DNA from: Alphaproteobacteria bacterium
GTDB lineage: Bacteria; Pseudomonadota; Alphaproteobacteria; Rs-D84
Assembly (NCBI GenBank): GCA_017463185.1
Contig: JAFTPS010000014.1
Location: 154,546 to 218,545, forward strand
Length of the DNA: 64,000 nucleotides
Direction: 5' to 3'
In this document: positions 46,025 through 55,678 of the stretch, in pieces
Numbering within the stretch: the first letter of the stretch is position 1
Layout of the letters: the number at the start of each line of letters is the position of its first letter
Translations under genes and position numbers: made by a program
Notes under the pieces: model-generated
Told to the model about the DNA's origin: nothing
What the model saw: the letters and a program-made list of their open reading frames with translations, nothing else
Database searches by the model: none

Positions 46025-46747
46025 ATGAAACCCAAATCAGAAAATATAATTTCATTACAACATATCAACAAAAGTTTTCCACTGGAAATTGGTGGTGAAC
46101 AACAGGTTTTATTTGATATAAATTTTAATGTGCGTGTTGGCGAGTTTGTCGCAATTATGGGGCCATCTGGGTCGGGCAAATCCACATGTATGAATATTAT
46201 TGGTGCATTGGATACACCGTCATCTGGCACATATGAATTATATGGTCGTAATGTAACCAATCTGACCACCGATGAATTGGCGATTGTACGAAACGAACAT
46301 ATTGGTTTTGTGTTTCAACAATTTAATTTGTTGTCAAAGCGCAGTGTGCTGGACAATGTAATGTTGCCGTTGATGTATCGTGGTATGACAATGGCCGAGC
46401 GTCAATCCCGTGCCCGCGAAATGTTGCGTCGCGTTGGATTGGAAAATTTTGAAACATACCTGCCCAATCAGTTATCCGGTGGTATGAAACAGCGTGTTGC
46501 CATTGCGCGTGCATTGGCGGGGGACCCTAAATTGATTCTGGCGGATGAACCAACGGGTGCGCTGGACAGTAAAATGGGTAATGAAATTTTGAAATTCTTT
46601 AAGCAATTAAACCAAGAACTGGGGATAACAATTGTTATGATTACCCACGAATTTGATATTGCCAAATATGCGGACCGCCTGATACATATTCGCGATGGCA
46701 AAATCAATTATGATGGGCGTATTCCGCGGGACGAGCGTAATTTATAA
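46025..46747 (+). CDS. ABC transporter ATP-binding protein (MacB/LolD family)
   Basis: Walker A GPSGSGKST, ABC signature LSGGMKQR and Walker B ILADEPTGALD. Confidence 0.9.
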   Translation: MKPKSENIISLQHINKSFPLEIGGEQQVLFDINFNVRVGEFVAIMGPSGSGKSTCMNIIGALDTPSSGTYELYGRNVTNLTTDELAIVRNEHIGFVFQQFNLLSKRSVLDNVMLPLMYRGMTMAERQSRAREMLRRVGLENFETYLPNQLSGGMKQRVAIARALAGDPKLILADEPTGALDSKMGNEILKFFKQLNQELGITIVMITHEFDIAKYADRLIHIRDGKINYDGRIPRDERNL

Positions 46748-46750
46748 TAA

Positions 46751-47983
46751 TTGTGGGGGGAATCTATGACATTTAACGATATTATCAAAGAATCATGGCT
46801 GTCAATCAGTGGCAACAAAGTCCGTTCTTTTTTAACGGTATTAGGTATTATTATCGGCGTTATGGCGGTTGTGATAATGGTCGCTGTTGGTGAAACTGTG
46901 CAAAAGCAAATCACAGACCAGTTTTCATCACTGGGGACAAATACGATTATGATTCGTGCTGGCGCGGCCCAGACCGCAGGTGTCCGCACGGGCAGTCGCC
47001 AAACCCTGACAATGGATGACGCAGAATTTATCGCAAAATTACCCGATGTTATGGCGGTCACACCGGTCCAGAACGGCGCAGCCCAGGTAATTTACGGTAA
47101 TAAAAACTGGGCCACATCAATGGTCGGTGTGTATCCAGATTATACAACCGTTCAAAATGTTGAAATTGAATACGGCACATTTTTTGACCAGGCGGCGGTC
47201 CGTAATGCATCCACTTATGCGGTAATTGGGCCCGAAACGGCCGAAGAATTGGGGATGGATAAAAATCCCGTTGGCCAGGTTATTCGTATTCAAAACACAC
47301 CGTTTACAATTATTGGTGTGACGCGGGCTAAGGGTGATTCCGCAATGGGCAGCCAGGATGATATGGTAATCATTCCCGTGACCACATTGAAAAAACGCCT
47401 TTCGGGCAGTCGTTTCCCCAATGCGGTCCAGATGATAGCCCTGAAATTATATGAAAATTCGGACAATAACCTGGCCATTGACCAGATTACCGCCCTGTTG
47501 CGCGACCGCCATAAATTAAAAGACGACGCGGCGGACGATTTCCAAATCATGGATATGAAACAGATTATGGAAACAATGAATAATGTGACTGGATATTTGA
47601 AATTATTACTGATTGCTATTGCAGCGGTATCGCTGTTGGTTGGCGCAATTGGAATTATGAATATGATGTTGGTGTCGGTTGCCGAGCGTACACGCGAAAT
47701 CGGTATTCGCAAGGCAATTGGCGCGCGCGAACGCCATATTATCACGCAATTTCTGGCCGAATCAGTTATGATTTCATTTATTGGTTCTATGGTTGGTTTG
47801 ATATTGGGGGTTGGCCTGTCCCAGGGTGTGGGGCGTTTTGTAATGGGATACAATGTCCCGTTCAGTGCCTGGCCAGTGGTGCTGTCGGTCACCGTTGCGG
47901 TTGTGGTTGGATTGTCATCGGGTGTAATGCCCGCGATGAAGGCCGCAAAACTGAATCCAATTGACAGTTTAAGACATGAATAA
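46751..47983 (+). CDS. ABC transporter permease, FtsX/MacB-type with periplasmic domain
   Basis: 410 aa: TM1, a large periplasmic domain, and three C-terminal TM helices (FtsX fold). Follows the ATPase gene. Confidence 0.8.
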   Translation: MWGESMTFNDIIKESWLSISGNKVRSFLTVLGIIIGVMAVVIMVAVGETVQKQITDQFSSLGTNTIMIRAGAAQTAGVRTGSRQTLTMDDAEFIAKLPDVMAVTPVQNGAAQVIYGNKNWATSMVGVYPDYTTVQNVEIEYGTFFDQAAVRNASTYAVIGPETAEELGMDKNPVGQVIRIQNTPFTIIGVTRAKGDSAMGSQDDMVIIPVTTLKKRLSGSRFPNAVQMIALKLYENSDNNLAIDQITALLRDRHKLKDDAADDFQIMDMKQIMETMNNVTGYLKLLLIAIAAVSLLVGAIGIMNMMLVSVAERTREIGIRKAIGARERHIITQFLAESVMISFIGSMVGLILGVGLSQGVGRFVMGYNVPFSAWPVVLSVTVAVVVGLSSGVMPAMKAAKLNPIDSLRHE

Positions 47984-48060
47984 GTAAAATAATCAAAAGG
48001 GACGGCAGTTTCGTCCCTTTTAGTTTCTTGAATAATTTTATTATTCCTATTATAATTTAT

Positions 48061-48261
48061 CCGTCAACGGGTTTTCCGTTGACGAGGCCTGATAACCTCA
48101 CTCAGTGCGTCGGAATAGATTTTTCTTGTTGCGACGTTAAATCATCTCCTGACCCCGGTCAGGAGGGTTGTGAATATATTGAATAAGCACGCAATTCACT
48201 GAGTTGTTATCAGCCTCCTGACCACCTAAATACGGTGGTTTTGTTTTTATCTGGAGGAAAA
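48061..48261 (+). promoter_or_regulatory. Structured 5' leader with long-range P1 stem, internal hairpin and RBS-proximal terminator hairpin (candidate riboswitch/attenuator)
   Basis: gaggcctgataacctcactcagtg (48085-48108) pairs with cactgagttgttatcagcctc (48194-48214). The inner hairpin is ctcctgacc-ccg-gtcaggag. cctcctgacc is repeated at 48213. accacc-taaatac-ggtggt + tttgttttt lies immediately before the RBS ggagg and ATG. Confidence 0.4.
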
Positions 48262-48627
48262 ATGAAATATCTTTTAACTTTTGTTTTTGGAATATTTTTG
48301 GCAACAAATGCGCAGGCTGTACCCAGTACAGTTTGCATGACGCGCATTGAATGCCAGACGGAATTAGCCACCCTGGGCAGCACATATCGCTGCTGTGCAC
48401 GAACCCAGACATCCTATACCTGTCCCACGGGCTGGCACGCATTGGGGACATCAACCTGTTATCGGTTGCCGGTGGCCAACGGCGAATCTGACCAGAAAGG
48501 ATACCTGGGCACAAAATACGGCAGTTGCGCTGTCATATCCAGCACCAAGACCTGCTATTACACAACGACGGGAACATGTCTGGCAACGGATTTACCCATA
48601 GATTCAGAATTAGAGGCTATTCAATGA
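48262..48627 (+). CDS. Small secreted cysteine-rich protein (121 aa)
   Basis: Signal peptide MKYLLTFVFGIFLATNAQA. The mature region has 10 Cys. RBS ggagg. Confidence 0.5.
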   Translation: MKYLLTFVFGIFLATNAQAVPSTVCMTRIECQTELATLGSTYRCCARTQTSYTCPTGWHALGTSTCYRLPVANGESDQKGYLGTKYGSCAVISSTKTCYYTTTGTCLATDLPIDSELEAIQ

Positions 48628-48911
48628 GGAAACTAATTGTGTCCCTGCTCTTGTCTGTTCTGTTTTCGCCCGCGTTTTGCTCTTGTAAAGAAACCGGCAC
48701 AGTTTATGTCGCATGCAAACCGGGATATTATCTGGAAAGTTATGATTGCAAACGTTGCCCATCGTCCGGCGGCGTATATGGCACAACCGTTGATAATAAC
48801 AAGGGCGACATAACCAGTTGTTATATCCCAACCGACAAATTATCGGCAGAGGATAACAGTGGCTATTTTACCTGTGGGGCGGATACATATTATGTAAAAC
48901 CATCACAATAA
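48624..48911 (+). CDS. Small secreted cysteine-rich protein (95 aa)
   Basis: Signal peptide MRKLIVSLLLSVLFSPAFC, with 8 Cys in the mature region. ATGA overlap with the upstream gene. Confidence 0.45.
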   Translation: MRKLIVSLLLSVLFSPAFCSCKETGTVYVACKPGYYLESYDCKRCPSSGGVYGTTVDNNKGDITSCYIPTDKLSAEDNSGYFTCGADTYYVKPSQ

Positions 48912-48938
48912 AAATCCCGGCATTTGCCGGGATTTTTA

Positions 48939-49211
48939 TTACTTACGCAGACCCAATTTTTTAATCAGTTCCTCGTAATCAGCCACATTGCGCTTTTTGA
49001 TATAAGCCAACAATTTTTTGCGACGGTTTACCATCAGCAACAGACCGCGTTTTGAATGTTGGTCTTTGTGATTGGCTTTCATATGTTCTGTCAAATTGCG
49101 AATGCGTTCTGTCAAAACTGCAACCTGGGATTCCGCGGAACCACCATTATCTTTTTCAGTTGTTTTATACGCCTGAATCAGTTCTGATTTTTTTTCTTTT
49201 GTCACGGACAT
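48939..49211 (-). CDS. rpsO: 30S ribosomal protein uS15
   Basis: 90 aa; ...[19 protein letters not shown]... is canonical S15. Confidence 0.95.
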   Translation of the reverse strand: MSVTKEKKSELIQAYKTTEKDNGGSAESQVAVLTERIRNLTEHMKANHKDQHSKRGLLLMVNRRKKLLAYIKKRNVADYEELIKKLGLRK

Positions 49212-49228
49212 TTTATTTCCTTTTAGTT

Positions 49229-50104
49229 TTATATCGTTCGTTTTGGGCGCAACTTTCCATCCACAATCGTGCCAATCCCAATGAATATTTCACCGTTATA
49301 GACCCGCCGTGGACCGCTATTGCCACCCACATTGATAAAGCCACCGTTTTTATAAAATTCGGTATCTTTATCGCCCAGATTCTGAACCGGAATGTCCCCC
49401 AGCCCAAAATCAATTGGTTTGAGATATTGTCCCAAATTCCTGCTATTATTAAACAGATTTTCCAAAAAATCAAGTTTTACAGCATCTTTTACATCAAAAC
49501 CGTTGGTCTGTGTTCGGCGTATCATATCAACGGTTGCCATCGCGCCACACATTTTGGCAATATCTCGTGCAATGCTGCGTACATAGGTACCACGACTGCA
49601 TCGTACCCGAAAATCCCAGGATTTTCCCCGTACACCACAAAATTCTAAATCAAAAATTTCTATTTCGCGCGGTGGTATTTCAATCGCCCCACCCTGTCGT
49701 GCTATATCATATGCGCGTCGTCCATCAACATGTACGGCCGAATAAAGTGGTGGCGTTTGCATAATTTTACCAATTAAATTTGGTATCACAGCCCGCACGA
49801 CATTCTGGCTTGGGATAAAATCATCGCGTGCAATTTCACGCCCCGTTATATCCAGCGTATCTGTTTCAAATCCAAATTGCAGGGAAAATAAATATTCCTT
49901 GGTATGGGGATTGGTTGCTTCTACAAATGGAATCATTTTTGTGGCATCGCCTATCGCGATTGGCAGTACGCCCGTTGCCATCGGGTCCAGCGTTCCAATA
50001 TGTCCAAATTTTTTTGTCCCCAGTATACGTGCTACACGCCCACCTGCCGTGCGTGAAAACAGCCCGCTTTCTTTGTCTAAAATAATCCAACCAGATTGTG
50101 CCAT
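49229..50104 (-). CDS. truB: tRNA pseudouridine(55) synthase
   Basis: [19 protein letters not shown] catalytic Asp motif. Confidence 0.9.
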   Translation of the reverse strand: MAQSGWIILDKESGLFSRTAGGRVARILGTKKFGHIGTLDPMATGVLPIAIGDATKMIPFVEATNPHTKEYLFSLQFGFETDTLDITGREIARDDFIPSQNVVRAVIPNLIGKIMQTPPLYSAVHVDGRRAYDIARQGGAIEIPPREIEIFDLEFCGVRGKSWDFRVRCSRGTYVRSIARDIAKMCGAMATVDMIRRTQTNGFDVKDAVKLDFLENLFNNSRNLGQYLKPIDFGLGDIPVQNLGDKDTEFYKNGGFINVGGNSGPRRVYNGEIFIGIGTIVDGKLRPKRTI

Positions 50105-50107
50105 CTT

Positions 50108-52624
50108 TTATCCAAATAAACTCAGTTGTGGTGGCGTGTTGTCTGCAATTGGCGCTTTCTTTTTCTGGGGGGCGTGTATCTGTGCACATTCCGGTACAAT
50201 TTGTGGTTCACTGTTTTCCAATGCGCTTAAAACACATTCAGCACGTGCCACAACTGATGCCGGCATGCCCGCCATTTTTGCCACATGAATCCCGTATGAA
50301 CGATTGGCCACCCCCGCCACAATTTTATGCATAAACACAATTTCGTTATTGTGTTCGCGCACATCAATGGTCAAGCACGATACATTGTTTAAACCGCCGT
50401 TATTTGTCAGTGCTGTCAATTCGTGGTAATGCGTTGCAAACAGTGTTCTGGGTTGCATTTTGTCCAGGTATTCTAATACCGCCTGGGCAATAGCCATCCC
50501 ATCATATGTTGCTGTACCTCGCCCTATTTCATCAAAGATTATAAAAGAGTGTTTTGTTGCTCGGTTCAGAATATTGGCGGTTTCGCTCATTTCCACCATA
50601 AATGTGGATTGTCCCGCCGCCAGGTTGTCCGACGCACCCACACGACTAAATAATTGGTCGCATACACCGATTGTGGCACTTTGTGCCGGCACAAAGGACC
50701 CCAAGTGTGCCAATACCACAATAATCGCATTTTGGCGCAGGTATGTGGATTTACCCGCCATATTTGGCCCGGTCAATAATGCAATCGCGCGTGCATTCAA
50801 ATTGCAATCGTTTTTAACAAAATTATCCCCGCGCATCCGCAGAACCATTTCAATTACGGGATGTCGCCCGCCCACAATATCAAACGCGCAATCATCGGTT
50901 ATTGTTGGGCGCACCCATGAATATTTTTCTGCGACACACGCCAGGCTGACCCAAACATCCGCGTCTGCCAATAAATCCGCTGTCCCCAGCAAATCATCCG
51001 CGATGGCGCGAATTTGTTCAATAAAACCCGATATAATTTCGGCCTCAATCGCTGCGGCCTTTTCCGCCGCGCTGCGAACATCGTTGTCCAAATCAATCAA
51101 ACGCGCGGTTGTAAAACGCATATTTCCGGACATAGTCTGGCGATGAATAAACCCTGATTCGGGCTTCATCAGTATGTCTGCGCGCGCGGATGGAACCTCT
51201 ATAAAATACCCCAGAATATTGTTGTATTTGATTTTAAGGTTATGAACCCCGGTTGATGCAACATATTCGGCCTGTAAAGATGCAATTGTTTCCTTGGCTC
51301 CGTGTGACAGCCCACGCATATGGTCCAGTGGCCCATTAAATCCATCACGAATAACCCCACCATCACGGAAAAATGTCGGCAGTTCATCCGCCAACGCACG
51401 GTTTAATTCCACCGCAAGTGCGCTGTGAGTATTTATTTCCTGGAATCTGTTTGCCAATCCTGCATCCAGACGCGACGATAAAATCTGGGCCCGTGGTAAT
51501 TCAATCATAAAGTCCGCCACATGTCGCATATCGCGTGGTGTCCCACGCCCAGACAATAATCGCGATAAACTGCGCCCAACATCCGGCACAGATGATAAAA
51601 CATTGGCCACCATTGTCATAACATCATTGTTTAATAAAAAATGATTTATGTGTGTCTGGCGTTTTTGAATTTCATCCCTGTCCGCTGACAGACTACGCAA
51701 ATACGCGCGCAATTTACGCGCCCCTGCGGCGGTTTTTGTGTTATCCAACACATCCATCAGGCAAGACCCACCGTCATTTATCGGCGTGTCAATTTCCAAA
51801 CTGCGCCAGGTCGCCGAATCAATCAACAACTGGCGACCGGACTTAAAAGTGTATGGTGCGCGAAATGTAATAGTTGCCCCGCGCTGGGTATTAAATAGAT
51901 ATCCTGCCAACAGGCAAATTGCGCTGTCGGGACGTATGCCCGTGTCAACACCAACCGCCCCGCCGAATACACGCATTACAACCATATCTATATCCGCACG
52001 ATGATACAATTTTTCATACACCGGGGTTGCTTTGAACGTATCGCGCAGTGATTGGATAACCGTTTCCTCGGCCGCACCGAATGGGAAAATAACCTCAGCT
52101 GGGTTTATGCGTACCAAATCATCAACTGCATCCGCGGTTTGTCCAACAAAAAATTCACCAGTTGAAATATCGCAACCTGCAATGTCATATTGACCTTTTT
52201 CCATTGGCGCAACTGCCACCAGAAAATTAGATTTTTTTGGTGTCAGTAAATTTTCATCTGTCAGTGTTCCGGGCGTTAAAACACGAATAACTTTGCGTTC
52301 TATAAACTTGTGTCCGCGGGCTTTGGCCTCGGCCGGGGTTTCCATTTGTTCCACCAATGCTACCTTAAAACCCGCCCGTACCAGACGACCAAAATAGTTG
52401 TCCGCCGCGTGCCATGGAATCCCACACATGGGAATGTCCGCGCCATCCGCATCCGTACCGCGTGCCGTTAAAACCAGCCCTAAATTAGAACTGATAGTTT
52501 TTGCATCGTCAAAAAACGATTCGTAAAAATCCCCCAGACGAAACATCAGCAACGCATCTGGATTTTCCGCTTTAATATCCACATACTGTTGCATAACCGG
52601 GGTCAGTTTGCTTTTTTCCGCCAC
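50108..52624 (-). CDS. mutS: DNA mismatch repair protein MutS
   Basis: 838 aa with Walker A GPNMAGKSTYLRQ and ABC-like DEIGRGT. Confidence 0.9.
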   Translation of the reverse strand: MAEKSKLTPVMQQYVDIKAENPDALLMFRLGDFYESFFDDAKTISSNLGLVLTARGTDADGADIPMCGIPWHAADNYFGRLVRAGFKVALVEQMETPAEAKARGHKFIERKVIRVLTPGTLTDENLLTPKKSNFLVAVAPMEKGQYDIAGCDISTGEFFVGQTADAVDDLVRINPAEVIFPFGAAEETVIQSLRDTFKATPVYEKLYHRADIDMVVMRVFGGAVGVDTGIRPDSAICLLAGYLFNTQRGATITFRAPYTFKSGRQLLIDSATWRSLEIDTPINDGGSCLMDVLDNTKTAAGARKLRAYLRSLSADRDEIQKRQTHINHFLLNNDVMTMVANVLSSVPDVGRSLSRLLSGRGTPRDMRHVADFMIELPRAQILSSRLDAGLANRFQEINTHSALAVELNRALADELPTFFRDGGVIRDGFNGPLDHMRGLSHGAKETIASLQAEYVASTGVHNLKIKYNNILGYFIEVPSARADILMKPESGFIHRQTMSGNMRFTTARLIDLDNDVRSAAEKAAAIEAEIISGFIEQIRAIADDLLGTADLLADADVWVSLACVAEKYSWVRPTITDDCAFDIVGGRHPVIEMVLRMRGDNFVKNDCNLNARAIALLTGPNMAGKSTYLRQNAIIVVLAHLGSFVPAQSATIGVCDQLFSRVGASDNLAAGQSTFMVEMSETANILNRATKHSFIIFDEIGRGTATYDGMAIAQAVLEYLDKMQPRTLFATHYHELTALTNNGGLNNVSCLTIDVREHNNEIVFMHKIVAGVANRSYGIHVAKMAGMPASVVARAECVLSALENSEPQIVPECAQIHAPQKKKAPIADNTPPQLSLFG

Positions 52625-52653
52625 GATAAATCCGTTTTATTATTTGTATGAAA

Positions 52654-52848
52654 TCATGCACCGACTTTTAATGTTTCAATTTTCAATTCGGCTTCTTTTA
52701 ACAATTGTTCGCAGTATGCTTTCAATTTGATTCCCTGTTCATATGCTGCGACCGAATCGGCCAACGGTAATTCGCCAGATTCCATTTTTTTTACCAGTTC
52801 CATCAACTGCTTGTACGCATCTTCAAAACTCAACTTATTTTCGTCCAT
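52654..52848 (-). CDS. xseB: Exodeoxyribonuclease VII small subunit
   Basis: 64 aa; FEDAYKQLMELVKKMESGELPLADSVAAYEQGIKL matches the XseB pattern. Confidence 0.8.
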   Translation of the reverse strand: MDENKLSFEDAYKQLMELVKKMESGELPLADSVAAYEQGIKLKAYCEQLLKEAELKIETLKVGA

Positions 52849-52932
52849 TTTTATCCCCTTAAAATCACGAATTTACGGTACAAAAAGAAACGAAAATATG
52901 CAATAAAAAAACGCCCAAACGGGCGTTTTTTA

Positions 52933-53352
52933 TTATTTAACGGTTGTGGTTGCATTACGATTCCACTTCCAGACTTCTTCGCCTGTACCCTGTACCAAAG
53001 GACGTTCTTTGCCATAGGAAATAGTGGAAATGCGACTTGCATCAACGCCGTCATTCACGATAACTGCTTTTGCAGCATTTGCACGGCGTGCACCCAAAGC
53101 CAAGTTGTATTCTGTTGAGCCACGTTCGTCGCAATTACCAGCGATTTGGATTTTTGTATCTGCGTGGTTTTTCATATACAACGCCTGACCCAGCAAATTA
53201 TCTTTTGCTTCGTCAGAAATTTCAGATGAATTTAACGCGAAGAATACGCGCTGTTCGTTCAAATCAGCTGGTTCTACAATCTTAGATGAACCGCCACATG
53301 CGGCCAACAAGCCTGCAATACCCGCCAACATAGCAAAGTTTTTAATTTTCAT
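52933..53352 (-). CDS. pal: Peptidoglycan-associated lipoprotein (OmpA family)
   Basis: Lipobox LLAAC, with the OmpA_C motif ...NLALGARRANAAKAVIV..G.....I...SYGKERP. Confidence 0.75.
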   Translation of the reverse strand: MKIKNFAMLAGIAGLLAACGGSSKIVEPADLNEQRVFFALNSSEISDEAKDNLLGQALYMKNHADTKIQIAGNCDERGSTEYNLALGARRANAAKAVIVNDGVDASRISTISYGKERPLVQGTGEEVWKWNRNATTTVK

Positions 53353-53429
53353 GAAAATACTCCCTTGAGTTTCTGTTGCTCGTGTTCTATTGTACTATAA
53401 AATGTTTGAATTATCAAGGAAAAACACTT

Positions 53430-54200
53430 ATGTCATATAACGCGTTGATGGATTTAAATTTGGCTGGCGTGCGTTGGGAATTGACAGACACGCCGAATCT
53501 GGTGGGGCAAAATCGCGCCCCTGCCCAGTCGCCCGCAACGCCTGCACCATTGGCGGGCGGGGACCCGGCGCGTACATCGGCTATCGTTGTGCCTCCAATT
53601 GCGCCCGCTACAACCGTGTCATTGGATACTGTGCGCGCAATGGCTTCTCGCCCAAATGATATGAGTGCACTGAACCGTATGATTGGTGAGTTTAATCATC
53701 CACTGCGTACGGCGGCAACAAATACCACCCTGCCCTTTGTCGCATCAAATCCAAATGGGCTGGTTATTTTAACGGATATCCCATCATCGGACGATGACGC
53801 AACGGGAAAAATCCTGTCGGGCGCGTCTGGGGAATTGATGGATAAAATGTTGGCTGCAATTGGAATGTCGCGTGAAAATGTGTCTATTGTGCCAATGCTG
53901 TTTTGGCGCACGCCTGGTGGGCGCAGTCCTTTGCGCGCGGAATTGGATATGGCACGCCCTTTTGTGGACCGTGCGCTGGAATTGCTAAATCCGCGTGTTA
54001 TTTTAACATTGGGCACTTTACCGGCAATGGAAATAGCGGGAATCAACCTGGCAAAGGCCCACGGTAAGCCAATTGCCCAGGAAAATGGATACATAATTAT
54101 GCCCATATTTCATCCAAATTATTTGATATTAAAGCCCGCCGCCAAACGCGAAGTGTGGACTGCATTGCAAAATGTTCAAAATATCTTGAAAAACGCGTAA
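53430..54200 (+). CDS. Uracil-DNA glycosylase superfamily protein (family 4/5-like) with N-terminal Pro/Ala-rich linker
   Basis: Motifs GASGELMDK..G, ...VSIVPMLFWRTPGGRSP... and HPNYLI (equivalent to the HPSPL motif). A GC-rich low-complexity segment PAQSPATPAPLAGGDPA lies near the N-terminus. No 4Cys cluster. Confidence 0.6.
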   Translation: MSYNALMDLNLAGVRWELTDTPNLVGQNRAPAQSPATPAPLAGGDPARTSAIVVPPIAPATTVSLDTVRAMASRPNDMSALNRMIGEFNHPLRTAATNTTLPFVASNPNGLVILTDIPSSDDDATGKILSGASGELMDKMLAAIGMSRENVSIVPMLFWRTPGGRSPLRAELDMARPFVDRALELLNPRVILTLGTLPAMEIAGINLAKAHGKPIAQENGYIIMPIFHPNYLILKPAAKREVWTALQNVQNILKNA

Positions 54201-54279
54201 AAATAAATAATAATTTGACAAAATAATAACAAAGGAGCCTACAATTAAACCTTCATTTAACCGTGATAATCGTCGCGAT

Positions 54280-54792
54280 ATGGGACCGCGTATGAACAAT
54301 CGGATTTTCGCAAAATCTGTTCAGGTAATCAGTTCTACTGGCCAGAATATGGGTGTTATGCCCATTGCCCAGGCTTTACAAATGGCCGCGGATGATGGAC
54401 TGGATTTGGTTGAAATCAACGCCAATGGTGCTGTGCCAATTACCAAAATTATGGATTATGGTAAATTTAAATATGAACAGAAAAAGCGTGCGTCAGAGGC
54501 TCGTAAAAATCAAAAAACGATTGAAATGAAAGAGGTTTGGGTAAAACCATTCATAGAAGAAAACGACCTGAACATCAAAATGAAAAAAGTTTTTGAATTT
54601 TTGGCTGACGGCAACAAAGTAAAAATTGCCGTAATGACTCGTGGCTCTAAAAAGGTTCTGGCCCGTGGCAAGGATGCCGTACCAGAATTATTTGCCCGTA
54701 TTATGGAAATGATTGGGGACAAGGGGGCATTGGAATCTAAATCCAAACCCGACGAACGAACGAAATCAATTATCGTTGCGCCCGCAAAATAA
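54280..54792 (+). CDS. infC: Translation initiation factor IF-3
   Basis: 170 aa; ...VRVI..G..LGV....AL..A...GLDLVEI... The true start may be a non-ATG codon (AUU), as is typical. Confidence 0.85.
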   Translation: MGPRMNNRIFAKSVQVISSTGQNMGVMPIAQALQMAADDGLDLVEINANGAVPITKIMDYGKFKYEQKKRASEARKNQKTIEMKEVWVKPFIEENDLNIKMKKVFEFLADGNKVKIAVMTRGSKKVLARGKDAVPELFARIMEMIGDKGALESKSKPDERTKSIIVAPAK

Positions 54793-54814
54793 AAGCCGGC
54801 ATTTGCCGGCGTTT

Positions 54815-55678
54815 TTATATGTTTAATTTCGTTTGCATTTCAATCAATACTGGGGTATTTATCCCCAGGCTTTTTGCCCGTGCAATCAACCCGCGCAGGG
54901 CGAAAATACCTTCTACTGTACCTTCGGGGGTGTTGCCTTGGGCGATTGCCATACCACCTGCATAGTTGCGGCTGGTTGCCGATGTTGCCGACAGGAACAA
55001 GTCCCCTATTCCACATAGTCCCAGGAATGTACGCAAATTTCCCCCCGCGGCCAGTCCCAAATCCACAACTTCGTTCCAAGCGCGTGTAAATATCATCGCG
55101 CGGTCATTTTCACCCTGGGCGGCAATACTGTTGTAGCCGCATATCAGTGCAACCGCATTTTTTCCAACACCACAAACCTCGGTTCCGATAACATCACTGC
55201 TTTCCACCAGGTATAATTTATTCAGTATTTCGCGTCCTGCATTCAACGCGCGTGTCGTTCCTGCAAGTGTAGAGCCTGTTGGTACGCCGCGTGCAACCTC
55301 GGCTGCGAATTGTGGACCTGACAACACACCAAAGTCACTGCATTCTGGTAATTCGGTTTGCAGAATTTCCGACATAAATTGCCCGGTACTGCTTTCTGCG
55401 CCTTTGGTGCATATAATAATCGGTTGACCGTTATATACATTACGAGCTTTGCGCAACGTTTCGCGGAAATATGCCGCAGGGGTTACAATCAACCACGCAT
55501 CCATATCGCGCATTTTGCCCATATCGTCGGTTACATTCAGGTTTTGTGGTGTTGGTACACCATCAAATACTTTATGTTCCCCGTCATATGACCATAACAT
55601 TACATTTGCGCCACCTCGCGCAGATATTATGCTAAGCGCAGTTCCCCATGCGCCCGCACCAATAACACCAACATTCAT
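54815..55678 (-). CDS. gpsA: Glycerol-3-phosphate dehydrogenase [NAD(P)+]
   Basis: MNVGVIGAGAWGTALS Rossmann motif. 287 aa. Confidence 0.8.
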   Translation of the reverse strand: MNVGVIGAGAWGTALSIISARGGANVMLWSYDGEHKVFDGVPTPQNLNVTDDMGKMRDMDAWLIVTPAAYFRETLRKARNVYNGQPIIICTKGAESSTGQFMSEILQTELPECSDFGVLSGPQFAAEVARGVPTGSTLAGTTRALNAGREILNKLYLVESSDVIGTEVCGVGKNAVALICGYNSIAAQGENDRAMIFTRAWNEVVDLGLAAGGNLRTFLGLCGIGDLFLSATSATSRNYAGGMAIAQGNTPEGTVEGIFALRGLIARAKSLGINTPVLIEMQTKLNI

